From assembly GCA_965202585.1 (NCBI GenBank), contig OZ241827.1:77624001-77688000 (forward strand): a stretch of DNA of 64,000 bases, in the 5' to 3' direction. Below the pieces are notes generated by a model. It did no database searches, was not told the DNA's origin, and worked only from the letters and a program-made list of their open reading frames with translations. Numbering within the stretch: position 1 is the stretch's first letter; every line of letters begins with the position of its first letter. This DNA is from Thalia democratica. Taxonomy: Eukaryota. Made by a program: the position numbers and the translations under genes. Positions 38,171 to 51,700 of this stretch are shown piece after piece.

Positions 38171-39714
38171 CAGGGGTGTGTCTAGATTTTTTCAAAGGGG
38201 GTTCACAATTTTTTTTGTTCTTAATTTCCCGCTTAAGTACGCATATCTTAGGTTTGCACTGCCAGTTAAGTATGCAATATTAAGCCGAAAAACTCTGTGT
38301 CTAAGATGCTTTTTTCTGCTTAGAAATAAGAAAAAACATATAAGTAGTATAGTAATGGTAAAATATTATATATTTTTATTTATTATACTGTATTAAATTT
38401 AGATAAATTGAAACTAAAAGAGCCGGAAAAAATATATTTATAATAAAAACATTTTTTAAGTAATCTAATCTATAAAAATTCAAATTTTACTAAAAAATGG
38501 TTAATTGCCTAGGATGATGTCGCACCAATATCAAGCTGAAATTATATTAAATTCAATGTTGTTTTTTACCATAATTATAGGCTTAAAACTTATATTTTAT
38601 AAATACATAAATAAAACTTATTTATTATAAACCAAAAAAACTTAAATTTTTTATTCCTTTTTATTTCAAAACAAAGTAAATAATACAATAACTTATATAC
38701 ATTACTATGAATAAAATCAATTAAGTATTTTAGTTTATAACAAATGAATTTAATTCTAACTATGTATTTATATAGCTTGTTTAAAACAAAGTATAATTTA
38801 AGATCAATCATACAAGGCTCACAATATTGATTTTAAGCTAAATTCATTGTTCAAAAAGAGATTAACACAATATAATTTCAGCTTGATATTGTGCGACATC
38901 ATCCTGGGTAATTACCAAAAAACGTTTAGACTTTTACAACTAAATCAAAATATATTTAAATTATAATTAAATATTTGCCTGATGATGCAGGAATTCTAAT
39001 AATGATTCTGAAATCTCTCTGAGTTAAAAATTTCAGAAAATCAAGAACAAAATTTGTGGCTAACAGATATACAAAAATAAAACAACTTAAATAAAAAAAT
39101 ATTAAAATACCATTAACTAAAAAAATAACTAATTTGCAGGTGGTGTATTGGTGTAAAGATAGTTTTGAAAACTCTCTAAATTAAATTTTTCAAGGTTTAA
39201 ACCCAGTTAGTTGACATATCAACAAAAAATATAAATTTTAAAGTACAAAAGCTTCACACAACATTATTATATACAACCAAATAAGTAAAATAAAGTTTTA
39301 GTGATTACATTGGAAATTTTTTTAAGTAAAATTGTACTTAGTAGTTCAAAAACAATACTGTATTAAAAGTTATTTACACTAATTATCAATTTATATCGGG
39401 AACTAAGAGCATCTTAGTAAAAAGTTTCCTAGAAAGAAAATGCTACTTTAAAACGTTTACCTTTTATGACGCCACAATTGAAATTCTATTTAAAATCAGT
39501 TTCAGCTGGACAAGAAAGAGCATTTTTTGTTAAGGAAACTTTTTTATCTTTCAGTGTTATAAATTCAACATTCATTATTCAAAGTTTATCAAATAACCAA
39601 AACAAAGTCAATCAACAACGTTTTTAGTCATATTTTACGAAAATTATTTCTTTTTTTTCTATTTTTTTTCATGGGGTTCACAGGAAACAGGAAACCAATC
39701 AAAACACGCCCCTG
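38171..39714. mobile_element. Non-autonomous hAT-superfamily DNA transposon, 1,544 bp, inserted in copy B exon P1'
   Basis: Termini CAGGGGTGTGT... and ...ACACGCCCCTG (11-bp TIR, 1 mismatch). 8-bp TSD: ttagtaac 38163-70 and ctagtaac 39715-22. Copy A has the empty site (single ctagtaac at 220-227). No transposase ORF. An 8-bp TSD with CAG-start TIRs is typical of hAT. Confidence 0.85.
38502..38914. mobile_element. MITE-like element nested in the hAT element (about 46-bp inverted arms)
   Basis: taattgcctaggatgatgtcgcaccaatatcaagctgaaattatatt (38502-38548) is the reverse complement, with about 3 differences, of 38869-38914. The interior is AT-rich and non-coding; a TA target duplication is possible. 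Confidence 0.6.
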
Positions 39715-42700
39715 CTAGTAACTACAACTGTCAAGAATTATAACGACAACTAGCTAAAGTTTCATTCAGAAAAATTTAGTGCTGACGTACTTTAAAAATT
39801 TTTCCATCGTTTATTGGTTGCATGCAAGCGATCAGACTCTAAATTGACTAATTTGGCTTTTTCTTACAGCGCAGTATCAAAAGGAAGCTTAGATGAAGGC
39901 ACTCTGTTTTTAGTGGATAAAATTAGTGGGTCAATTAGATTAATGGGTCGTTTAGAGGCAAGAGTTACAGGTCAAGGGTAAGAGCAAGAGATTTTAAAGG
40001 GAAGAGCACTCAAGCCAGTCTGGTTGTCAATGTGTTGCCTAGTAACCTTTGTTCGCGTAATGGCAATATGAACAATAAACTGACCATGATAAATGTAATT
40101 GAAATAACTTCCCCTGGACAAGTGGTTGGTACCATAAACGCTACTAGATCTGATGTTGATTATGACATCATAGGTTGTTCTGGAAAGGGAGTTTTTAGAG
40201 TGGATCGATATACAGGTTGGTAAAAGATTGATTAGAAGAAAATTCTAGTCCTAAAATAAGTACATACTTTAAAATTTTATAAAAAAAAGTTAACTTTTAG
40301 TATTTTAACTTTATCAATGGTATTTAATGTGAATAAATTTTAATTTGAACTTTTTAAATCTAGTTTTTACTTTTATAGACAAGTTATTTTCAGTTTAAAA
40401 TGTTTTAGTAGTATCATAACATAGTGTGTATTTTAAATAATAATTAGCCTGATTTTTCTTGTTTTCTTGGTTAATATATCCTCTTTTTATACTTTTAAAA
40501 CTGTCTAAGGTTCAAAGAAAACATAATATAAATTTCTAGTTTTTATAGAAATTTTGCACATAATTTTAAAGTTAGAAAATACAAGATTTAATTTATTTTA
40601 CATATAAACATAAAAACCGAATTTAATTATTTTTTTAAAGTTATTTTATTTATATCTGACAATCAAAAAACTTTATTAAAAAGTTTTTAAATTTTAATTT
40701 TTTCAAAACCCAAGGTTTAGGTAAACAAGTTCAGTTGAATTTATGAATTTCTGTTTAAACAAAACTTAAATAATTGTTTTGGAATTTTATATATTTCTTA
40801 AACAGTCAAACAATTGTTTGATACGTTTTGTTGAATCGTGACTTGTTCATGTTTGCATGTTTTGTTTTTCATACAAACAAGCAGTAATTGCATACCATAC
40901 ATTTAATCTTTAATTGTTTGTAAATGTTTATAAACTATTGTAAAAATTTCCAAGTCTCAGTATGTATAAACGTTTAAACTACCATAACATTTTTATCAAT
41001 ATTTATTTTAACAGTTTATTACTAACAAAACTATGTTTTACTCCTATACTTGCATATAGGAGATCCTCAGTTGTTGTAAATAGATCTGAAAAATATTTTT
41101 TGAACCAATGAATGGAAGTTCCATACATAGCTAAACAATAAAATTACATAAAAGTTTAATAAGTTTAAAGACAGTGTAGTTATATTTCTTAAATTTACTT
41201 ATAAACAGGGAAAGATTTTTTTTTGATATACAAAAGCTTTCAATGTATACATATTAATAACTTGTTTAAACGATCAAGAAATTCGGCAAAAACAACTACT
41301 GATGCCTTCTTATTGAAGATTATCGGTGTAAGTAGCAAGAAGGAAATTTATTTTTCTGAAAAGGATGTACTCTATAAAGCTTGTTTATCACTAAACTTGG
41401 TTATTACGTCACAGTAGTACCCTTAAGCTGCAATAGTAATTTCTCCTAAGAAATTTATATGAAGCTACTTGATGAAGTGAAACAGTTATGATGCTTGATT
41501 TTTCTTACTTGAATAAAAAGCTTATACAGACATCCTTAAAAAATATATGTTGTACAAGCATGTTAAATATTATTGTTTGTCTACTGTCTAGTTTTATCTG
41601 AAAGCAGTTATGTACTTATAAAACAAGTTTTAAAACTTACTATAACAATATTTTTATTGTGTTTCTTTTTTCTAAAAGAAATAAACAAATTAAAAAACAA
41701 ACTTATTTTTGTTCTATGTTTAAATTTTTGGATTTTATTCTTTAAATATCAAAAATTTACTTGAGTTTATAGTCGTTCTCTTATCTTAGGAAACAAAATA
41801 GTTTGAATAAAACGGATTCTTACTTATATTTAATGACAAATAAAGTGCAAAATTTCTATCTATGCTAATCTTTAAAGTTACAGTGATCTTAAATCAAGAC
41901 TATCAAGAAAGCACAGTTTTTTGCTATTTTTTTCTTTATTAAGTTTTGTCTTCGAAAAAAGGTAAAATAAGGAAATTCTTAATCGATTTATATGACAAAT
42001 TTCTTTAATACATGATTTTAAACATTTATGAGAGAGTAATTTGAAGTTGAATTAGAATTTTTTTAGTTAAGCCAAGTACTAAGATATTTGTATTTAAATT
42101 TGATGCTTTTGCTTCTGTTAAAGTTTTAGCTGCTTCATGAGCAATCAATCTTGTGTAATTGAAACAAAAAGACAGAAATGCATTAGCTAAATACTAGTAA
42201 AAAGATTCAAGAAAGTGTTTTAAATTTGCTTAAAGTTTCAATTTTGGTTAAAAATTTACAAAGAAGAATTAAACACGAATAATAACAACAAAAGAAATAA
42301 ACTTTACCCGCTGTATACACAAATGAGTAGAATGGTGAATATTTGAAGCTTGTTTAAGTTACACTATAGGTTCTCGACAGTTTATAAGTCTTTGTGCCAA
42401 TAAAAAAACTTTTTTTCATTTCAAAAAGAACAAAAAAATAATGGTAGGGTTGGGCATGAGTCATATCTTTTGTTTAGGAAGTTGAGTTTGTACAACGCAG
42501 ATTCTTAATTTGAAAGGAAAGAATAAATTAACACCTTATTATTCTCTCCCTTTTTGAAGTCATGCTTAGTTGGGTTTTAGCTCGCTTTTGTTGTTTTTGT
42601 ATTGGTAGAGTTTAAAGAAAATTTAAAGTCTTAGGTACAAATTCAAAACTATTTTAATTCTAACAAATTTAATTTTTGTAAACCATAAACAATCTTAAAA

Positions 42701-45700
42701 ATTTTTGGAATAACCAAGTAGCGAGAATGCTTTTTATAATAATAATTTTTAATAATAACTAATAATTTTTTGTATATAATCCATCAATTTTGTAAAAAAA
42801 ATCTTAGTATTTCTTCTGTGAGATTTACTTCACAGTTTCAGTATATTTTTAATTCTAAATGACAGCAAAACATCAAGTCCCTTGACATTAAAAATCGGTC
42901 AAGTACATACAATAAGAAGCATAAAAATACTTGTCAAATTCTACTTTGACACAAAAACTATTATGTTGAATTACAGCAGAGAAAATTTCCTCAAAATGAC
43001 AGCGGGTTTGTATACAAAAGTCTCATTTGTCAGCTGTTTTCTTTTATGGTGCACTTGTTTTTAATTTCAGATAACAAGCAAAAACTAGAACTTTAACTTC
43101 GGGCGCTTGTCTAAAGAACAATTTCAGTCAAATTTTAAGTCTTTCTTCCACAAAGTTCTTTCCTAAGTTAATGCATATAACTTATGTCAGATATTTGTTT
43201 TCGCAAAATATCTGTTTGAAGTAATTTTATATTTTTTTATATAATCCATCCATTTTTTATTAAAAATCTTAGTATTTCTTCTGTGAGATTTACTTCACAG
43301 TTTAAGTATAAAACAAATAGCTGTATAAACATAATAGTTAAGAACACAATAATTATACGGTATTAGTTTCATTCAATATATTTTCTTTGAAAAATGGTTT
43401 TTGAAAATAAAAAATCTAATAAAATATACTGATTGTAAAAAATGTATGAAAACATTTTATCAGTAACATATGCATGCCCTTAATTAATTTGATACAGCAT
43501 ATGTTTTAAATGATCCTGTTTTTTTTTTAATTTTACTGAAATTTTAGTAATTTATCATTACGCCTGTAAGACTTAATTGTGAACAGAAGCTTACTGGAAA
43601 TATGTTTGGACATGCTTTTTTAATTATTTTTTTGTGTTGTCTGGTTTAGGAATTACCTCCTACTAAATCATTTTGAAATTAAGTTTTCTTCAATAAACAT
43701 TTTTTAGCTTTATTTGTGTAACTTTTTCTTCAATTTTAAAATGAAATTTTATCAAGCTAAGTTTTTATTTTGTTTAAAAGCATTTCAGTTTATGTACGTT
43801 TTAATATAATTCTTTTGATATATTTAGCTAATATAGTACTATGACTGTTCTCTCTTTTTTAAACATCAATCATGATCTAAATATTAATCGATCACGTATT
43901 TTTTGTACTAAATATTAAAAAAAACAATTTTTTTCAGTTAAAAAAAAATATATATCTTTTAATAAAATATTTTTTACTACAATTTAGAGAATCTATAGAA
44001 AATGACAAAAAAAAACTAAAACTAATGATAAAAATTGTAAACAACTAGAATTAAACTGTAAAAAAAATTGATTAAATACCTGTTGTTTTTGTTTATTAAA
44101 AAAAAAGTTAAAAACTATTTTTTTAAAGTCGTGTTTTCCTAAACAAATTTTTACTTACTTGAAATAAAAGAAACAAACTAATTTAATAACATGTAAAAAA
44201 TAGACTTTTAATATTTTTCAGGACAAGTAGTTCTTGCTCGATCACTTGACAGAGAAACGGAGAAATATTATTGGCTGACAATAGCATCACGTGATAAGCA
44301 GGGTTCATATTTATCTGAAGACAACATAAAAGTAGCAGTGACAGCTGTGGATGTCAGTGACAACTTTTCAGTTTCTGACCAGCCAAGCTTCAATATCTTG
44401 TTAGTTATATAGTACATGTTATGTAAAAAATAAACTAAATTACTAATAAAAGCAAATTGTTACAAAAGTTTTAAAAAAAGTACAGTAAAATAAAAGAATT
44501 AGTGAAACTTGTTTGTAAATATGATGGTCATTAACTTTACGTTTATTACAAAAACTTAAAGTATTTTAAAAACTACAAAATCTTGAATGTTTATATATGA
44601 AAAGTATAATAAAATTTATTTTAAACGTTAAAGCAAATAGTTGTAAAAAGTAAATTAAATATATTTAATTACAGTGTGGATTTGGGAACACCTGTTAACA
44701 CTCCTATATTAAATATACAAGCATCTGACAAAGATGAAGGTTTAAATGGAAAGTTTACATACACTATCTTGAAAGCAGAAATATTTAAAATAAACTCTGA
44801 AACAGGTTAATTTCAAAAGTATTTATGTGTTTGTTTACTCTTTTGGAATTACAGAAAATTTGTAAAAAAAAAAAGTTTATTGAGCTAGTGTTCAGCAACA
44901 TTAAAGGATTAAAACTTAAATTTTAAACTGAAAATGTGTTATGCATTTAGTTGCTATAGGTCTATTGGAACATCTTTAATATAACTATTTATAAAAATCT
45001 ATAAGTTAAAAAAAAAAATAAAAACTGTTCATAGTTTTATATTTTAAGTTCAAAAAGTTGTTTTGTTTAATATTAGATAACCCCTTAGCTAATATCTGTT
45101 TAGTAACGTATGCATCTTATTTTTTGTACTACTTATAACTTTTATTGTTTATTAGTATAAGTTATTTATAGTTACCGTTTAAATAATGAGTTTGTTTGTA
45201 AAATTCTATAGATTGTAATAAGTATTAAAAACTGTAAGTTTAAGCGTATGTTAAAAAAGATCCAAGCGAAACGAATTCACTGGAATATGTAACAATATTG
45301 GAAATCGTAGAACATTCTTAAATTTAAAAAATGACTTATATCAAGTAACTTTTTTATGTAATTAAACTTCAACTTGTTGTTGTAAATCCAAATTAAAAAA
45401 AACATGCTTTCTGACATAATAAAAAAAAAGTTAACATTTACATTCAATTAAAGGCTAAATCATTAGCGGTATATAATTAAATATATTCTCAAATTTTTTT
45501 TTACAGTTACTGCTGATATATTGTTAGGAAATTTACGTAGTAAAATTTAGTACATACGTCATGAAGTTCAACGTGACGTCGAAATTTTTATAAGTGGTTT
45601 TTTTGTTATTTTAATTGGTTTTTGTCTACTTTTATATGTACCTAGCTGAAAAATGTAGTCATGTAAAGGTCAAAACGTTTGTCAAAATGATAGGTATGCT

Positions 45701-48700
45701 AACGATAGTAATTAGTATTTAAACTTAAGACACATAATGCACTTGTTAAGTACACTTACAAATAAAACGTTCTGCTAGAGCTATAACGAATTCGGTTACA
45801 TCAAAAAAAATAAGTTTGATTAAAAAGGTACTGAGTTTTACTCACTTAAATCTGTTTTAAATTTATATTTAATTAAACGTTGTTTCCTTTGTTGTACATG
45901 AAAAATTAGAATTACTAACAAAAAATAAATATATAGATTGATTCTTTAACAGAATACAATAGTCAAGTTGTAAAATGTTAACAAGATTTTAATAAAGTCT
46001 CAAAGTTGACAAAACAAAACTTATATGACCTGTAAGTCACAATAAAAATTAAATTTACTTACAATACCCTGTGGGTTTATAAAAGGAAGCCAAATCAAAC
46101 AATTGAAACCGCTCTCACAGAAAGTGAGCTAATCCCTATTTACTTTTACCGTTTAACTTAGCTAGTCAAAAGCTATTTTGAATGTCTTTTGTTAATCAGT
46201 AGCGCGTAGAAGTAAAAGGATGACATTTTAATTTACGTGCGATTAGACATATTAAAAGTCGCGGTCTCTATAAGAGCTAATTCCAACCGGATATTAATAA
46301 AGTTTTTAAATTTAGTTTGTTAAATATAATTTAATATAATACTGTTAAATTGCAATAAGTAAAATTTAAAAGATTTTTAAGGTTTTAGTTATCTTAAACC
46401 AAGCCTATAGTTTGGTGAAACTGTTTATTCTTATTTTAAATAAGGGGTTTGTTTGATAAACTGATTTCTGGTGGATTTATTTTATTTCAAAAGCTTTAAA
46501 TTAATATTTTAAAACACATTTAAAGTGTAATATATTCTTTTATAACTTCAAATATCGTTTTTGCTTTAAAAAATTTAAAAATTATCATTTACACAAATAA
46601 GAATTTTATAGTAAAACTAACTTTGATATAGTTTTGGTTATAGAAATGTTTACCTAAAATGTGTTCCACAATAGTGTAAAAAACTACTTATATATATAAG
46701 TAAAAATAATACACATACCTGTTTTAGTAAAAGGTTGTGCTTAACACTTATAAAAATTACCTTTAAAACATTAAATTGCCATAGAAACAAAAAACCGAAA
46801 TAAGTTGTAAAGTTGCTCATAATAGCCAAGAGTTTGTTTACATTCACTAGGAAGATCAAACGCAGTTATACTGCTCATTTAGCAATTATTTATTTTAAAG
46901 CAACAATGCTTTGTGAGTTAACTTGTTTTGATTTGAAAGCATCAATCTAATTGAAAAAGAAAATATAATAAAGTAGTAATTATTTCCTGTTCATTTGATC
47001 CCTACCAATTATGCATAGCAAAGGTTAATTTTATGAGCAAGTATTCTTAAATGATTAATAACTTAAGAAAAGATGTTTGCAAAAAATATATAGTTCAACA
47101 ACTCAAATATAAAAAAAAATCTAATAAAAAATTTATATTAATTTTATCCAAGATAAAACTTATCGAAAAATAGATATACTTTTTTTTCTAACAGAGAATT
47201 TTATTTAGCATATTGACATTTTTTTATATTTTAGAGAAATATCTGCTTTAAACACTTGCAGTATTTTATTTTGTTTTATTAAAATGCTGAAAAAAATGAA
47301 ATAATTTTTTTAGTTTTTGAATAAGATAGCAATTGCTTGTGTTACTTAAGTTAAATTTAATTTTTAAATGATGTTACAAAACAATATTTGTTTAATCTTG
47401 CTTTGTGTATTGTCTCAACTATTGTTACGAAATATTGAATGAAGCTTATAAATAAACATAAAACTTTATTTTAAATAATCTTGTTTGTTCAAGAAATCAT
47501 TATTCTTCTGCAATTTAATAAAATCACATGTTTTTATTATATACGAGTAAGGATTGTCTATTTAGTGAAACACGTCAAAATACTTTTGTAAACCACAATT
47601 ACTTTACAAATCTGAAGTTCATCTGATAAAATAATAAAAATAAAATTATAATCTTTTACATTTTTTGTTGGTTGAATTAAAACATAAAATGGGTAATTTA
47701 TCAACTAATGTTATTGAAATGCCAGTTATGTAGATAAACAAGTATACTTAACTCCTAAATAACAAAACATGTCTTATGCACTGAATTAACCTCAAACTAA
47801 ATGCAGCAAAACATATAATGATTGCTCTTAAGTCTAATACTTGCGTTTAGTTCTAATTTTACAAAGTAGATCTTATTATCATTATTTTTGGCAAAAATAT
47901 TTTTTAACACCTTATTAAATACAAGAATAAACTTGTTGTAATTCTAAAGGTAAAAATTAAAACATTTTTATTAAAAATGTTCTGTCATAAAACCTACATT
48001 TTGAAATGAACTTTTATTAAATACGCTGTCAAAAGTTTTATGCAGACTTTTGCAATTGATTGTATCCTGTATTTTTATGTTTTTAGCAATCAATAATACT
48101 AAAGTTTATTTGAAAACTCTTATGAACAGAATCTTTCGAACTATTTTACGAGTTGTTTGATGTGGTCAGACTTTGAATTTTCATTTCCTTACAACAATAT
48201 GCATTTGACAGCAAAAATATACAAATTTGATGTTAGCAGCCAGGTGTTTTATTTTTTAATTTAAAAGATATTATAAAAATAATACTTTAACACCTACTTG
48301 TTTGTCTTAATTATTTGAAACATTAAGCTTACTTAACAAAGCAAAGTGTATGTGTTTAACATCAAAATAAATTTAAACTAGTCTGAATAACTTGTTTAAA
48401 ATGTAAACCTAAAAAAAATTAATTATTTTGATTAATTTGTTTTTCTGTGATGTATAATTTATAAAATTGAATAGAAACGTCGTTAAAAAATCTTTTTTAC
48501 TAAATTGTTAAAATACTGACTATTACTGTAAAGTTCATAATATATATGTTATTTATTACATTCGTATATACAGTAAAGTAAACGACTGTTGAAAGGAAAT
48601 CTTTTAAAAGCTTCAAGTACTTTATTTTTCTAAATGGAATCAAAAACAAATAATATTAAAAAATAAAAACAATCTAATGAGTAATACACTTGATGTTATA

Positions 48701-51700
48701 ACACAGTTAAAAAAAGTTGTACGACAACAAAAACAAATCAGTTAAGTTTTTGATAAAAATTTCTTGTGTTTAAAATAAAATTACAGTACGGTACATAGGA
48801 TAATAAAAAAAAAGAACAAATATAAACGTTCATGCAAAACTGTTACTTCTCAGCAGGAGACTAGTTCACAAAATATAATAAAATTTAGACAACTTGGGTG
48901 GTTACTTCAAAGGAAACCAAAAGTTTTAAAAAAATATTTTACCTATAAACTTTATAGAATTTTTTATTGTTTATTACCACAAAGATAAACAAATAACGTA
49001 ATCGTAGAAAAGTAATTTATCATAATTTGTTGTCTTATAAACATTAACCAAGTGGTTCTGTTTATTAACAAAAACGCTACCCTAGCTTATATTAAGATTT
49101 AAATAAACATAAGATTTTAAAGTATTAGTTAATTTTTATTACGTTTTTTCCTTTATATTAACTTATATTAAATAATTAAATAAAAAATATTTTTAAATGG
49201 AATTCTTTTTGTCCTTTTAAAACAGTTTAAAGTATTTAAAGTTATGTAAATTAAAAACATCAAAAAATTTATTTTAATTTTCACAGCATTCCCACGCTTT
49301 GTAGTTCTGTGTGATTTTACCGCAATTATGACGTAATTAAGAATATATAAATTGAACTAATTTAATGCCAAGTTTCTGTACAGCTAAACAAAACTAAATG
49401 TAATTATGTATTTGTGTATTAGGATAATTTATAAACTACTTTTACAATAGTTTTAACTCTATTATTTAATAAACTAAAACTAATAAATATGAACAAAATG
49501 TTTTAAGACTAGAGTTTACGTTAGGTAAATAATACTTGTATTTTTTAATTATTAACTTATTTATAATTGACAAAGTTTAATTTTATTAACATTTATACGT
49601 AGTTTCTCTATAAGTTAAAAGTAGACAACGTTTAATAACTAATAGAAGAAATAAGAATGTTAATTAAGAATTAGTTTATTTTTTAAATGTTTTATTTTTA
49701 ATGATGTAGTGTATAACTAAATAAGAAGTAATTCTTAAGTTTAATATAAAAAGTAAACTAAAAATTAGTTATGTTTTACTATTTTTTTAACCGTTTTGAA
49801 TTTATTTCTAGGTCAAATTTACTTTGCAAAAGAGCTGGTACCAAATGTACTTGATGGATTAAAACAAATTTCGTTCGTTGTAAGTTTTAATTAAAATATT
49901 CATGAAACTATTTAAAAAGTTTAGTCTAAACTCAAGATTTTATAATGTAATATGACTCAACTTAAAAGCATAAGTTTTAAATTTTAATCTTCATTTAGTT
50001 TTGTGATGATTTCTGAGATTTTAAATTTACAAAAAACTGAATGTAATTTTTTTATAGCTGTGTTGATAGATAAATTTATTTATCTTTAAAAGGTAAATGA
50101 GTGGAGTATCTGTTGTGTCTTAAAGTAGCTGTTTTGTTTAAAACTTTATTCAAATTCTTGATTGTATTTAAAATTCTAAAGATTAAATAACGTAATTTCA
50201 AAAATTACTTAAAAAATAGAGAATTCCTTAAACTTATCAAAAGATTTTTTCAAACTTACGATTTTATGACGTAAAAAAACCCCGTCGTGAAATAAACTGT
50301 AAAATTTTGACACTATTTATTTTTTGTATTTTTGCATAAATCTATGTTTTTGAACTCTTGTACAATTGGTAACTTCATACTGAATAATAATGAAAACTTA
50401 TTAAACTTACTTTATTTACTTTAAGTTTAATTGAAGCATCTTTCTTCTTTTAATAATGTTTGTTATATAATACCTAAATATTTGTACTAAACTACTAAAA
50501 AAAATGTTTTTTTTTTTGGTTTACTTGTTGTATACATTTTTAAGTATAATTAATCTTAAATAATGATAAGTTTAAACTGTACTTACATAAAAAGCTAAAA
50601 TGACTTTTATATTTTAATTACATTTCAAAACTAGAATACAGAAATTGACAAAAAGTATAAAGCTAGCTCTACTTTTTCATGTTTTGTTATAATATTAACA
50701 ACTTTATCTCAAAGGTTTATGTTGCTATCAGAAAAACTTCTACTTAACAATACATAATATTATCAAACAAATTCTAATTTGACATGATTAAAGAATATCT
50801 TATCAAACAATCTACACAATATTAGCAGTAAATTTAAATTCGAATTACTCATAAAATTTTCGACAAATCCTTAAAAAAAATTCTTTCTGATGACAGTTTC
50901 CAGATTTTACACTTTAAATTCATAATTTTTTTATTCCTAGATTCTTAAGCTCTGGACTTATGTATTCTTTTTCTATGACCTTACTGATTAAATAAATCAA
51001 AAAACCACTAAAAGAATGCAGTCGATTTATTTTCTTCGCGTAATTAATTATGACAACAATAAATATTTCAAATTGACCTTGACTTACGATTGTTTAGAGA
51101 AAAGGTTTAATAGTTTAAATAAAAAAGTTTTTACTTTCCCAAGAACAAACACTTGTGTTTTTAATTGACCAAAAAGTTATAAGCAAACAAATTTATAATA
51201 AATATCATGAAGTTTAATGCTATTTTATTTACGGTTTATTTAGGAAACTGTTTTGTATTTTTATCTATAATGCGTTTTCAAGCTAGGTAAGTTATCATAA
51301 TTAACTGATCATAGATCAAGTCGTTTTATTTTCACATGAAGTTAGCTTTAGTAAAGAACATCTACTGTTTACTAACAATTATTAATTTTCTTTAATTTGT
51401 AAGGTAAATATGGAAGATAAAGGAGTACCAAGTTTATCATCTCAAGTTCCAGTGACTATAAAGTTTAACCAGAAAAATTTTAATGAAGGTGGACTTTTTA
51501 TTTGGTCAGATAATAATTTATTGTCGGATATTCGGTTATGGAGAACCGAACAAGATTCACAAGAAATGTCAGTTGTTAATTTAATTTTGATTTTTTACAC
51601 CTTTATTTAATCATTAAACCAAACAAAAAAGTTTCCTTTTACGTTTTTGTTTAACTTAAATAAGATGAATTACAATAAAATAGTGTATAATTACAAACAA

